In this document: piece after piece, positions 38,401 through 49,985 of the stretch | How positions within the stretch are numbered: position 1 is the stretch's first letter | Layout: each line of letters begins with the position of its first letter | DNA from: a virus | Length of the DNA: 64,000 bases | Strand: one strand, 5' to 3' | Virus record (IMG/VR): IMGVR_UViG_645058813_000002 | Location: 6,606 to 70,605 of that record | Made by a program: the position numbers and the translations under genes | The notes under the pieces: generated by a model | Told to the model about the DNA's origin: nothing | Databases searched by the model: none | The model's input: only the letters and a program-made list of their open reading frames with translations

Positions 38401-39147
38401 TCAATCAGACAAATTGAAATTTGTAAAAGAATTCAAATTTTTAGCACGAGTTTCTAAACAAGTAATTGCATCTTTTATTGATTGAATAAAACCTTCTAAT
38501 TCTTCTTTTCCTTTAATATTTAATGGATTATTAGCGCTACCATCTTTCCATGGTGATTTATATTCTTCAAAAAATTCCAAACTATACTTTTTTTTATTTT
38601 TGTTTATCCAATCATATATATCAGGGAAATCATTTTCTGCTCTTTTATAATAAATATCGGGAAAATCATTATCCCTAGCATAATTACCTTTGCCATCATG
38701 TGTATAATTTTTAAAACTATATCCATTATAGCCTCTAGGAGCAGGCATGAAATTTGCCATAGAGTGATGCAAGTCAGCGAATTTATCAAACAATATTCTT
38801 AGTTCATCATACCCTTTAAATATATAGTCTAATTTATCAATGGCCATTTGAGGCGAAATATAAAATACATCTAGTATTCCTCTTGCAAACATAGAAAAAT
38901 AGTTCCAACAATTAAATATTGTGTCGCTACTCTCTTCAACACAGCCATAAATCTTTTTAAATAAGTTGGCTGTTATTGATTCACCCTCATACCGCTTTGA
39001 TCTTTCATTGTACATATCATACATATTGTCTGGATGATTAACATTTTCATTTGAACGATATTCCAATAAACCTATCAATCCATTTGAGGTTTTTTTATTT
39101 TTAGGAACCAATTCATTCCTAACACATTTCAAAAAAATCATTAGCAT
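38401..39147 (-). CDS. Hypothetical protein
   Basis: 248 aa minus-strand ORF, AGGAGGG upstream. Confidence 0.7.
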   Translation of the reverse strand: MLMIFLKCVRNELVPKNKKTSNGLIGLLEYRSNENVNHPDNMYDMYNERSKRYEGESITANLFKKIYGCVEESSDTIFNCWNYFSMFARGILDVFYISPQMAIDKLDYIFKGYDELRILFDKFADLHHSMANFMPAPRGYNGYSFKNYTHDGKGNYARDNDFPDIYYKRAENDFPDIYDWINKNKKKYSLEFFEEYKSPWKDGSANNPLNIKGKEELEGFIQSIKDAITCLETRAKNLNSFTNFNLSD

Positions 39148-39352
39148 CTTTTAATTCTAACAATTTATCCCTCCTGCAAATTTACAATTTATCTATAACT
39201 TTATAATTAATCGCTACGTCATATTATAGATAGTATATCATGATTTCTTATATCAACCTAATATATTAATAATATGTAGGAATTTGGATTATATACATGT
39301 ATAATTAGGATTGATTAAAATTTACAGAATTGAATGATATAGGAGAAAAGAG

Positions 39353-40819
39353 ATGAGTGGTGGAAGTGATGCAATAAGAGGATTCTATTTACAGACATGG
39401 ATTAGTATATTTGAAATGGTCAAAGATACTAAATGGACTAGCATTGAAATGGAACCAAAGCAAGATAAGATTGATATTTTGGTAAATTTTGAAAACAAAA
39501 GTATTAAGGTAATTCAGGTTAAATCATCCATAAATAACTTTCATAAGAGTAAAATAAAGGAGATACTGGAGTCTCTTATTGATGCAAATCCTAATGCAGT
39601 ATACTACGAGGTAGTATTAATAGGAGAAACTAATGTTGATTTAGAAAGTTTAATAAATGATATATGTTATGAAAAGGTAATAGATAAATCAATTAAGAAT
39701 ATAAATATTAAAGTTATACCATTAAATATTGAGAAAATTGAAGAAGATATAAAAAAGCAACTGCAGGAATATCTAGACTATTTAGGATATGATATGAAGG
39801 CAGAGGCTCTAAGTTTAATTAATAAATCTTTAGTTTCAGATTCATTAATAAGTGCTATAAAAAAAGATAAATATTATAAAGAGAATTTTGATGATAATTT
39901 AATATTACTTTCTGAATTAATGTATTCAGCCAACCAAGATAATAACATGCCGTTATCTATAAATATTAGTGAGAAAGGAATTAGACGTTACAAAAAAATA
40001 AAATTTATAAGAAAAATCTCCATTGCACTAGCGATTTTTTTTGGTATTAATCCATTTATAAAATTGTATATAGAAGGATTGACTTATTTGGATATAATCT
40101 GTAGCATTGGACTTGTTTGTATTTTAATAGGAGTGGTATTATTTTTTAGAAGAAGTGACTCTAAATTTAGGGAGATGGAAGATGATGAAATAGAAGAGTA
40201 TCTAAAAAATGAGGGATCTGCTGAGAATAGCATACTTAGAATAAATGTTTGGAATAAAACAGAGTATGAGAATAATAAGAAGCAAGTATATAGTAAAATT
40301 AATATTCAAAATAAAACAAAAGAAAAAATCGAACATATTGAAGGGAAAATCCAATTCAAACATGTAAACGAGGTGTTGTATGAATATCCTTTTGATAAAT
40401 CAGATATTGATGCATTTGAAAAAATCGTAATATTCAATGGAAGAGTTGTCCCTCAAAAAACTAAAAAATACTGGACCGATTTTAAGGTCAAAATAAAAGA
40501 ACTTAGAACTTGTGGAAGGAATTTGAATGATTTGGCAATTTACAGTGAGTCAACTTATAGGGTATATGGAACACTTTTAAATAGTTACTACTTACCTGTT
40601 ATTGATGAATTATTTCATTATGAATCAACAGAGGCTGTACATGAGATAAAAAAAATGTATTTTGGTATTCATTATTTAGTTAAATATATTAATTTAAAAA
40701 GGTTTTTCATTTTGATGCTTTGTGTGTTTATAGGATTAACTATAGTTATTTGCAGTTTTATAGGAATATATAACTTTTTATACTTACCAATAAAGTTAAT
40801 TTGTTTATTATTTAATTAA
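39353..40819 (+). CDS. Cap4/DUF4297-like endonuclease domain fused to a multi-TM membrane region
   Basis: SGGSDAIRGFYLQ...DKIDI...IQVKSS; two TM segments mid-protein and one C-terminal TM. Confidence 0.7.
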   Translation: MSGGSDAIRGFYLQTWISIFEMVKDTKWTSIEMEPKQDKIDILVNFENKSIKVIQVKSSINNFHKSKIKEILESLIDANPNAVYYEVVLIGETNVDLESLINDICYEKVIDKSIKNINIKVIPLNIEKIEEDIKKQLQEYLDYLGYDMKAEALSLINKSLVSDSLISAIKKDKYYKENFDDNLILLSELMYSANQDNNMPLSINISEKGIRRYKKIKFIRKISIALAIFFGINPFIKLYIEGLTYLDIICSIGLVCILIGVVLFFRRSDSKFREMEDDEIEEYLKNEGSAENSILRINVWNKTEYENNKKQVYSKINIQNKTKEKIEHIEGKIQFKHVNEVLYEYPFDKSDIDAFEKIVIFNGRVVPQKTKKYWTDFKVKIKELRTCGRNLNDLAIYSESTYRVYGTLLNSYYLPVIDELFHYESTEAVHEIKKMYFGIHYLVKYINLKRFFILMLCVFIGLTIVICSFIGIYNFLYLPIKLICLLFN

Positions 40820-40872
40820 TTTGATGACTATATAACAAATTGCTAAGTTGATAATTATAAGCAGAAAAATAT

Positions 40873-40904
40873 GAATGTATGATTTTATAGAAAATCGTAC
40901 ATTC
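40873..40904. promoter_or_regulatory. lox-like inverted repeat upstream of tyrosine recombinase
   Basis: GAATGTATGATT-TTATAGAA-AATCGTACATTC, one mismatch. Confidence 0.55.
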
Positions 40905-41036
40905 GCTAAATTGACTTTAAGTATTGATATATCTAAGGTTACAGGTGATATGGCTTGTGACCTTTTCTATTTATATCGTTTGAATGTAATGTTTTTGTGA
41001 TATAATAGAAAAATAATACATTGGAGCGGGAGGGGA

Positions 41037-41608
41037 ATGTGTATGGTTGTAGAGCCAATTAAAGATAAAAAATTGATTGAAAAGTTTTTAATACAACTTA
41101 GAGGAAAGAACTATAGAGATTGGATTTTAGCAAAATTCCAATTAAATACAGGATTGCGTATAAGTGATGTAGTTCGCATAAATACTTCAGATATTTTTAC
41201 TGATACGATGAGATTTAAAGATTACCTTGTTGTAAAGGAAAAAAAACAGGAAAAGAGAAAAAAATCAGATTAAATGAAGAACTCAGAAGGGCTATTAAAG
41301 ATTATGTTAGGGGATATGATATTAATGTAGGTGATTTCTTGTTTCAAAGTAGAAAAGGAGATAATAAATACATAAGTACAACTCAAGCATATAGAATATT
41401 AAAAGAGGCTGCTGATGCTGTTGGAATAGAGAATTTTGGAACACATAGTCTGAGAAAAAGTTGGGGGTATTGGACCTATAAGGTAAGTAGATACAACAGT
41501 GGATTAATTATGGATATGTTTAATCATACATCGGAAAAAATAACTCTAAGATATATCGGAATAACCCAAGAAGCAAAAGATGAATTATATTCCTTAGTTC
41601 AATTTTAA
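41037..41608 (+). pseudogene. Small tyrosine recombinase split by a 1-bp deletion in an A-run near 41239-41246
   Basis: NTGLRISD in the first ORF; GTHSLRKSWGY and FNHTSEKITLRYIG in the second; one added A gives KEKKTGKEKKIRLNE in frame. Confidence 0.88.
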
Positions 41609-42093
41609 CAAGAAAATAAGAAGAGTTAAATCTTTTATATACAATGAAAGAAATTTAACATAGATAATAATTAAGAGTAACATGCATAGGAGGAATACAA
41701 ATGTTACTCTTTACTGTATATTTAATAGGGTAAATATTTATGGAAAAAGTATTTACAAATCTATAAATTGCTTATTGTAAGGTTTATTTAAGTAGTTTTT
41801 TAAATTTTGATTAGTGTGTTAAAAGTAAATTTATTTAGTAGATAAATATATGTGATATTAAGAATTAAAAAAATATATGTAAAATAAGATATATTTATGT
41901 AATTATTGTATAATTAAAGATGAAATATTTAGAAAAAATTACTTTATCTTTTTTATGATTTAATAAAAATAGCATTTTGCAATTAGAATACTTACATATG
42001 CTTACTGGGTAACAGATAGTAGTTAATCTAAATATAAACATGTACAAATGAAACATTTTTCTTAAAGTTAAAAATAAGTTGCGAGGAGTTTTT

Positions 42094-45021
42094 ATGAATA
42101 GTGAATTGGATTATAAGAAAATAATTGATTTAATAGATTTTAAATTTTGTATTCCTTCATATCAAAGAGGATATAGATGGGATGATAACAATATTATAAA
42201 ATTTATAGAAGATATTTATGATGATAAGGCTTCTTTAATCAAAAAAATATTAGCAAACAATAGTTTGAATAAAAAATTAGAAAAAGTAAAAGAAGATTTT
42301 AAAAATGATATAGAATACTGCATTCAACCTTTAATTGTAAAGAAAGAAAATGAAACGTGGAATATCATAGATGGACAACAGCGATTAACAACTATTTTTA
42401 TTATGATAGCAGTTTTAAATTCATATGAAACAGATATATCTGGTGAATTTAAATTATCAATAAGTTATAAATCTAGAGCAATGAGTAAAGAATTTTTAGA
42501 ATTTTTATTAAAAATGACTAAAATTAATGATAGTACAAGTATATGGGAAAAATTTAAAGAAGCGAAGGGAGAAATTGAAAAAAATATTGATTTTGACTAT
42601 ATGGAGAATGCTTTTCATACAATTGATAAATGTTTTAAAAATTATTTGAAACAAAATAAAATTGAAGAGAATAAGGAATCATTTAGTTGTTTATTATTTA
42701 TTTTATTATATTTCTGTAAGTTTATTTGGTATCCGATAGATAGTGATGATAAAGATGAAAGAGAACAGTTTGCAAAAATTAATATGGGAAAAATTGAACT
42801 AACTGATGCAGAACTCATTAAAGCAGAATTTATGAATCCTAATAATTATTGTGACGAAAATATTAATCAGGTAAAAATTAGACAAACTATCATATCAGAA
42901 AGTTGGTATGCAATAGAAACGGAATTGCATAAACCAGATTTTTGGGCATTTATTCCACATGAGAATCAATATGAAGAAAATGATAAATATAAAACAAGAA
43001 TAGATATTTTATTTCATTTTGTACTTTTAGAAAACTGGATAGAAAAAAATAAAGACAAAGGTATTGATGAATACATTAATGAAAATGGAATGAAATTTAA
43101 TGAAGAACATTTTCTTTTCTATGAAATTAAAAAGTGGATAGATGAAGAAGAAAAAAATAAAAATTTAAATAAAAATGAAATAATTGAAGCCTGCTGGGAA
43201 AGAATTGTAGATATTTTTCAAAATTTGAAAGAATTATATGAAGATGATGGAAGAGAGTTAGAATGGAAAATAAATAATTCGAACAATAATAGTAGAAAAA
43301 AATATACAAATGAACAAGGATTATATAATTTGATAGGATTTCTTATATATTCATATAATTCTCAAAAGGATAATAAAAAATTTATTACTGGTAAAGAAAA
43401 TAACGTAGATAAATCTATAACAAAAGCATTAAAAATATATTATGAAATACATAATATATTAAAAGAAGAACGTTGTAATAGAATAAATATAATTAAACAA
43501 AAAATAAACAATCTTGTTTTTTCAATAAATGTAAATAGAGAAAAAGAAAGTATACAGTCAATTATAAAAAAAATGGAATATGAAGGTTTGTATGGTGATA
43601 AAATTGCAATTGTATTATTGCTATATAATATTATTTTAGTAAATAAATCTACTGGTATAGGAAATAGATACAATTTCCTTCAACATGCAAAAGAAAATTG
43701 GAGTAAGGAACATATTTTTCCTCAAGTAGCAAAAGAATTTATCAATGATAAAAATGAAAGGAAAGAAGTGTTAAAAGTATTAATAAAAGGAGTAAGAAAT
43801 AAAGTTATAGTTATAAAAAGCAGCCCTTTACTAAATTATATAAACTATAAATATGATAAAGTATATTCTCCTATTGATGGACTAAAAAATAAAGGAATTA
43901 TAGAATTAAATGAAAAAATAGTAGATGATTTTTTGAAAGAAAAAAATGAAGTTGATGTACAGAGTGGAAATATAGAAAATATGTATAGAATGGAATATGC
44001 TAAAAGTTTATATTTAATTAAAAAATCCCAAGAAATTTTAGAAATGTATGATATTTTGGAAGAAAATCAGGTATGCTTTGATGAAAATTTATTAAGAGAT
44101 AAAATGGGAAAATCAAATAATGATAATAAAATGAATTATATATTTAAATATAAAGATGTAATAATAGACTATGATAAAGATATATTAATTTCAAATCTTT
44201 TGGAATCAGAAATAAATAAAGCGGATCATAAAATATATATATATTTAATTAATAAGAAAATGAAAGACTTTTTTGAAATGTTAAGTGCAAAAATGGGTAT
44301 CATTAAAAATGAAAAATATGAAAGAATTAATATTAAAATTGAAGAGTACTATGAGTATATTTTAAATATAGAAATAGAAAATAGTGATCTATTCAAGCAA
44401 AATAAATCCGAAAAAGCAGGTCAAATAATTGAAGAAATTAAACAAATAATTAAAGAAGTTTATGATGATAAAATAAAAGAAATAACAATTTATGATATTG
44501 ATATAAAAAATAAAATATATAAATTAATTGTAGAATATAAGGATTTGGATGAAATTAAAAAAGTAATAGATAGCGATAAATTTCCAGAACTAAAGATTTC
44601 CAATACAATTGATGAAATTATAAAAAAGATGGACAATAATAATAGTAATTCAAAATTCTTGGATTTAGTAATAAAGATTAGTTCGGATACAATAAAGAAA
44701 AAAATAGATGATTTTTTTAAATATGAATATTTAGAACTTCTAAATGATAATTCTATGGGAAACATGACTTTGTTGGATGCGAAAACTAATGGTGATTCTA
44801 AAATTGGAAATAAACCCTATAATATAAAAAAAGAAAGAATATATAGTAAAATGAAAAAAGGGGTATTCATCCCACTTTCTACAATGCTTGTATTCACTGA
44901 TTTATATACAAAAAGTATGGGGATAAAAATTCATTGGTTACCAGAAAGCCGAGTGGAATATTTAAATGATATGGTAAATACAATTTGTGATTTTTTTGGG
45001 GAAAAGGTGAATAAGAGATGA
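42094..45021 (+). CDS. DUF262 + DUF1524(HNH) GmrSD-like protein
   Basis: IPSYQRGYRW, IIDGQQRLTT, KEHIFPQ...GNMTLL...N; ATG 42094 after GAGGAG. Confidence 0.85.
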   Translation: MNSELDYKKIIDLIDFKFCIPSYQRGYRWDDNNIIKFIEDIYDDKASLIKKILANNSLNKKLEKVKEDFKNDIEYCIQPLIVKKENETWNIIDGQQRLTTIFIMIAVLNSYETDISGEFKLSISYKSRAMSKEFLEFLLKMTKINDSTSIWEKFKEAKGEIEKNIDFDYMENAFHTIDKCFKNYLKQNKIEENKESFSCLLFILLYFCKFIWYPIDSDDKDEREQFAKINMGKIELTDAELIKAEFMNPNNYCDENINQVKIRQTIISESWYAIETELHKPDFWAFIPHENQYEENDKYKTRIDILFHFVLLENWIEKNKDKGIDEYINENGMKFNEEHFLFYEIKKWIDEEEKNKNLNKNEIIEACWERIVDIFQNLKELYEDDGRELEWKINNSNNNSRKKYTNEQGLYNLIGFLIYSYNSQKDNKKFITGKENNVDKSITKALKIYYEIHNILKEERCNRINIIKQKINNLVFSINVNREKESIQSIIKKMEYEGLYGDKIAIVLLLYNIILVNKSTGIGNRYNFLQHAKENWSKEHIFPQVAKEFINDKNERKEVLKVLIKGVRNKVIVIKSSPLLNYINYKYDKVYSPIDGLKNKGIIELNEKIVDDFLKEKNEVDVQSGNIENMYRMEYAKSLYLIKKSQEILEMYDILEENQVCFDENLLRDKMGKSNNDNKMNYIFKYKDVIIDYDKDILISNLLESEINKADHKIYIYLINKKMKDFFEMLSAKMGIIKNEKYERINIKIEEYYEYILNIEIENSDLFKQNKSEKAGQIIEEIKQIIKEVYDDKIKEITIYDIDIKNKIYKLIVEYKDLDEIKKVIDSDKFPELKISNTIDEIIKKMDNNNSNSKFLDLVIKISSDTIKKKIDDFFKYEYLELLNDNSMGNMTLLDAKTNGDSKIGNKPYNIKKERIYSKMKKGVFIPLSTMLVFTDLYTKSMGIKIHWLPESRVEYLNDMVNTICDFFGEKVNKR

Positions 45022-47777
45022 TAGGTGAATATATTTCTTTCAATGAGTTATTAAAAAATAAGGAGATTTGTATTCCTATTATTCAACGGGATTACATACA
45101 AGGATCAGATGCTAAAAATATAAATGATGTTCGTAAGAGACTAATAGATGATTTAATTGATACATTAAAAAGTGATAGCAGTATTTTAGATTTGGGTATT
45201 ATATATGGAATAAATAAGACAAAAAAGTTTTATCCAGTGGATGGACAGCAAAGATTAACAACATTATATCTATTTCAGTGGTTTTTAGCAATAAAAGCAA
45301 AGAAGATTGATGAATTTAAAGATTTGAATAACAAATTAATGTATATGACAAGAAAATCTGCAAGAGAATTTTTTTCGTTTATAGTTGATACTATTATAGA
45401 TAAAGAGCATAAGTATTATTCTGAAATTATAGATGTAATTAATGATAACAAGAAAAGAAATTTTATTGAATTAGTTAAGAGTAAAATCTGGTTCAAATCT
45501 CAATGGAACAATGACATCACAGTTAATTCTGTATTGAATATCATTAATGATTTTATAGAGTTGAAAATTAATAATAATGATGCAAAAAGATATTATAATA
45601 ATTTAGACAAGATTAAATTTTATTTCCTTACAGAATCTAGTGAAAATGCTGAAAAAGAATCAGCAATAAGGTATATACGTATGAATTCAAGAGGTAAGCA
45701 ACTCACCTATTTTGAAAATATTAAAGCAATATTAGAAATTATTGAAGATAAAATTCAAAGTAATAAAGAAGATCAATTTGTATATCAATATGATAGTAAA
45801 TTTATTGATGTTTTTTATAAAAAGTTAGATGGTAATTTACATTTATTAGAAAAAACTAAAAGTATTAATGAAGAATCTATTAATTTATTAATTAGTGTAT
45901 ATAATGTGTTAGCCTTTTTAAAGAAAAATACTAATGAAAAAAAACAATATGAAAAGTATGAAGATTATTATATTTATGTGCATAATGTTTCACAAAGTAG
46001 TGATAACATGTCTTATGAAGAAAAAAAATTTTGGTTAGAATATTTTAATATGCTGAAAGCAGTATTAAAATATTCATACGAAAAAGAAGATATGCTTAAA
46101 TATGTAGGTGAAATTTTTCATGATATTTATACTATTAATGAGGAATCTGCTTTAAATGTTATAGATAATAATAGAATTGTTGCATATTTAAGATATATAT
46201 ACTACCTTTATGTGTGTCCAGTAAAAAATCAAGGCAATAATATAGAGAAAATGCAAAAATTAAAATATGTTTTAGAAAATTTACAATATGATAAATGGAA
46301 ACAAAATAGATATAAGGAAATAGATTCATTTGTAAGAGAAATATCAATGAATCATGATGTATTTGTCTATTTGGGAGAAGAATATAAAACTATAAACAAA
46401 GCATTCGATAGTTTATGTGAAAATGCAGAAATGCTTAAATTAGATATACATTTTAAATCTATTGGAGTAAATGATATAAAGCAAAGGTTTAAAGAAGTAA
46501 GCATAAAAGCGAAAATAATCAATGATTATGGATTTGATTATGCTGAGTTTGAAAAGTTAGAAAAAAAATCTAAATGTGAAAAAATACAATATTTATTTTA
46601 TATATCTGATTTATGGGGGGAAACTATTACTAATGAAAAGGTTGAAAAGTTAAAAAAATACTTATATATAGGTAGTAGGTATTTTATGGAATGTACAAGA
46701 AATTATTATGTTAGAATTACAAATAAAGAATTTGAGTGGAGAAAGATATTTGCAATTGCAGCCAACTGGGATAATAAAAATCATGAATTATTATCCTATG
46801 ACGAAGTAAATGAAAATAGTAATAAGAATATCACAGACAATCATAATGTTTGGTATTGGAGGGATGAGTATTATTTTTGGGATGACAAAGAAGAAATAAA
46901 GAAAGTTAAACTAAATATTGTAAGACAAGCATATGACTTAATATTAGAAAATAAACTGACATTAGAAGAAGATCTTATATTGGAAAAAGATTTGAAAAAA
47001 TTTTATAAAGATATTTTAGGTAAGAAAGAATATAACATGTGTTGGCTAAAATATGCTGTTGATAGAAAATACGAAAAACTTTTGTGTAGTCAAATCAGAT
47101 ATGAAAATAATAAATTAGAAATATTATTTAGAAAGTTAGATGAAAATTATGGAATTTATAGAGATATATTTAGTGATTTCTTTGCGATAGTATTTTATTT
47201 GGATAATGAGAAAAATAATAATTCAGATATAAATATCAATATGTTAGATTCTAATGGATATATATGTTTGGACAATTTTACACTATACGAAAATATTTAC
47301 AAGGATTTTACATTGTGGAAAAAACGAAAATATATACATAAATTAAAAGGTCGTTATTATCAAGGAGATGCTAATCATAACATGCACTTATTTGCATATT
47401 ATGGAATAAAAACATTAACTGATGGTGGAAATGTTTTTTTATGTGATAATAATAAAAATAATATTTATAGATATGATTTTAACAACAATAAATATACTAT
47501 TTTCAGATGGAATATAGTTGGCATGAAGAAGGAATTTTCAGATTTTGTAATTGAGGCCCGAAAAGAACTTAAAGAAATTGAAAATGAATATAATAAAAAT
47601 AGTTATGAAAGAATACTAGATGTAAATTGGCGTTATGATGATAAATGGATTCATGTTGAAGATGAAAGGCGTAAAGATTGGAAATATATTAGTAGTAACT
47701 CTAGAGAAGAAAAAAATATAAATTGGGAACAAGTGGGAGAAGGGGAACTCCTTATAAATGGCGATATGAATGTATAG
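45018..47777 (+). CDS. DUF262-domain protein, partner gene
   Basis: IPIIQRDYIQG, PVDGQQRLTTLYL, MNSRGKQLT; 4-bp overlap with the upstream gene. Confidence 0.85.
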   Translation: MIGEYISFNELLKNKEICIPIIQRDYIQGSDAKNINDVRKRLIDDLIDTLKSDSSILDLGIIYGINKTKKFYPVDGQQRLTTLYLFQWFLAIKAKKIDEFKDLNNKLMYMTRKSAREFFSFIVDTIIDKEHKYYSEIIDVINDNKKRNFIELVKSKIWFKSQWNNDITVNSVLNIINDFIELKINNNDAKRYYNNLDKIKFYFLTESSENAEKESAIRYIRMNSRGKQLTYFENIKAILEIIEDKIQSNKEDQFVYQYDSKFIDVFYKKLDGNLHLLEKTKSINEESINLLISVYNVLAFLKKNTNEKKQYEKYEDYYIYVHNVSQSSDNMSYEEKKFWLEYFNMLKAVLKYSYEKEDMLKYVGEIFHDIYTINEESALNVIDNNRIVAYLRYIYYLYVCPVKNQGNNIEKMQKLKYVLENLQYDKWKQNRYKEIDSFVREISMNHDVFVYLGEEYKTINKAFDSLCENAEMLKLDIHFKSIGVNDIKQRFKEVSIKAKIINDYGFDYAEFEKLEKKSKCEKIQYLFYISDLWGETITNEKVEKLKKYLYIGSRYFMECTRNYYVRITNKEFEWRKIFAIAANWDNKNHELLSYDEVNENSNKNITDNHNVWYWRDEYYFWDDKEEIKKVKLNIVRQAYDLILENKLTLEEDLILEKDLKKFYKDILGKKEYNMCWLKYAVDRKYEKLLCSQIRYENNKLEILFRKLDENYGIYRDIFSDFFAIVFYLDNEKNNNSDININMLDSNGYICLDNFTLYENIYKDFTLWKKRKYIHKLKGRYYQGDANHNMHLFAYYGIKTLTDGGNVFLCDNNKNNIYRYDFNNNKYTIFRWNIVGMKKEFSDFVIEARKELKEIENEYNKNSYERILDVNWRYDDKWIHVEDERRKDWKYISSNSREEKNINWEQVGEGELLINGDMNV

Positions 47778-48106
47778 AAGGTTTTATATATAACATATTA
47801 ATATATTTGTAGTACATATTATTACAATTTTCAAACAGATAATTATCAAATTAGAATATAAAATTTATACAACTTTATTTAAAATAAGAGAAATGCTCTT
47901 AATACTTCATTCATCAATAGTTATAATGTTAGTAAAAATGAAAGAGGCAGTAGATGACAATGAAATAGGAATTCTGGTTAAAGAAAAGAATAGCCAAGAG
48001 AATAAGTATAATAGAAAATATTCTTCTTAATAGATTTAGTAAAGTAAACTATAAAATAAGTTGAATATGAAAGACTATGTAGAACAAATTAAGGAGTAGG
48101 TTAAAT

Positions 48107-48988
48107 ATGAATGACGTTTTTTTTAATGATATAGAACAAATTATAAAATCTAACTTATTAAAAGCAAATCAAAGTGTAAAAATTGCTGTTGCTTGGCTTA
48201 ATTTTTTTAATTATAAATATATTTTTGATATTTTACTTAAGAAAGGAGTAAGTGTAGACATTATTATTAATGATGATATAAACAATGCAAGATATAGAGA
48301 TGTAATTGATGTTTTAATTCAATCAGGAGCCCAAATTAAAAAATTTAAAATGCCATATGGAAGATATATGCATGAAAAATTTTGTATAATTGATAATTTG
48401 GTGGTATTTAGTGGTTCGTATAATTGGACAGATAATGCAAATAAAAACTTTGAGAACCTAAATTATCTAGACGATATTTTTATAGTAAACAAATATAAGG
48501 AAGAATTTAATTTATTGAGTCAATGGAGTATGCAAGTTGTTTGTAAGTTACAAAAACTACAAAAGTGTCATAGGTGCAAGGAAAATATTAAATATATAAT
48601 GGTTATTAATCAAGAAGGTTACTACCAGACAAGGGCTGATATATATTCTGTATGTGAATGTGATTTAAAACATATTATTGATGAACATTATGATATATCT
48701 ATGTATAATAATTTAAATAGCATTATTAATAAATATTCAGATATGTATGAACAATCTATTCAAATGGGGTATCAGGAAAATTTTGAGCAATTAAACGCAG
48801 AATGCGATTTTGAAGTAGAACAGTATTTAAATAATATTCGTAATACGCCAACTTCAGTTATAATTCATGCAATAGGAGTAAGCGGATATGAAATTACGTC
48901 AAAAAATGGAAATGGAGATAATATTATTAGAATTATTTGGAAAGAAAAATTCATTTCAGATCAAATACAACAAATTTATTATCTTTAA
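48107..48988 (+). CDS. PLD-family (HKD) nuclease domain protein
   Basis: VKIAVAW, MHEKFCIIDNLVVFSGSYNWT; C-terminal CHRC/CEC region. Confidence 0.85.
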   Translation: MNDVFFNDIEQIIKSNLLKANQSVKIAVAWLNFFNYKYIFDILLKKGVSVDIIINDDINNARYRDVIDVLIQSGAQIKKFKMPYGRYMHEKFCIIDNLVVFSGSYNWTDNANKNFENLNYLDDIFIVNKYKEEFNLLSQWSMQVVCKLQKLQKCHRCKENIKYIMVINQEGYYQTRADIYSVCECDLKHIIDEHYDISMYNNLNSIINKYSDMYEQSIQMGYQENFEQLNAECDFEVEQYLNNIRNTPTSVIIHAIGVSGYEITSKNGNGDNIIRIIWKEKFISDQIQQIYYL

Positions 48989-49090
48989 TATAGTAAACAC
49001 AAGAAACCTAAATTATGATAATATTACGCAAAAATGATAGAATAGAAAGAAGATTTTAAAATAATAATTAAATAAATTAGGAGAAAGAAT

Positions 49091-49957
49091 ATTATTAATG
49101 AAGAATTTTTAAGACAAACAATATCTTTTCTGGAAAAATCAGATATACAATTTTATTATCCTGAGTTTAGAAAAATTGAATTTCAAGGTGATACAAAACT
49201 TCTTAAAATTGAATTGGAAGAGTTTTTTGGCAGAGTAACTGTAGATGAAAATTTTATTATTAGCAATGTAATATTATTTACGCTTTTTGATGCTTTTATA
49301 GAAAGCAAAGATAGCGATTTGTGTAATCTTACATTTAAAACTAAATATGAAAAACTTAATAGTGACGAAGATATAAACATAATAATAAAAGAAATTTATA
49401 GAGTATTAAAACTTATAAGAAATACTGTTGTTCATAATTCAGTGAATATAAAAAAAAGTGATTGTGATTTTAATTTTTCTTATACGTTTAAATCAACAAA
49501 TTTCAATTTAGATTTATCAAAGCATATGCTTAATTTGCTTTATTCAATGATAATTATTGTTGTAAAAAATAATATTGTAGGAGGAACCAAAGATATTATA
49601 TGTAGAAATAATAATTTCTACATTGGAATATTAAGATCATATTATGATGAATTTAAAGACTATATAGATTCTTCAGGAAATTTAAATGATGATATATCAA
49701 TTAAACATCCAAAATTACTAGAAATTTCAAATGATATAAGGTTAAAAAAGTCTACTAGGTATTTAGTGGAAAATCCTAAGTTTAAGAAGTTTGGTAATAA
49801 GATTATTATTGAAAAGTATTTGCCAAAAGGAGAAGAATATTCATCCAGCAATTATAATATATCATTAAATGAAATAAATTATAGCATTCCTGATGAGGTT
49901 CTAAATGATAAGGGGGAAATAAAACTAGAAGATATAGATAATTGGAAGATAGAATAG
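49091..49957 (+). CDS. Hypothetical protein
   Basis: Frame of 49214 is open back to ATT 49091, which follows AGGAG; start uncertain. Confidence 0.65.
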   Translation: MINEEFLRQTISFLEKSDIQFYYPEFRKIEFQGDTKLLKIELEEFFGRVTVDENFIISNVILFTLFDAFIESKDSDLCNLTFKTKYEKLNSDEDINIIIKEIYRVLKLIRNTVVHNSVNIKKSDCDFNFSYTFKSTNFNLDLSKHMLNLLYSMIIIVVKNNIVGGTKDIICRNNNFYIGILRSYYDEFKDYIDSSGNLNDDISIKHPKLLEISNDIRLKKSTRYLVENPKFKKFGNKIIIEKYLPKGEEYSSSNYNISLNEINYSIPDEVLNDKGEIKLEDIDNWKIE

Positions 49958-49985
49958 TTAGATTAATATAACAGGGAGAGTTATT

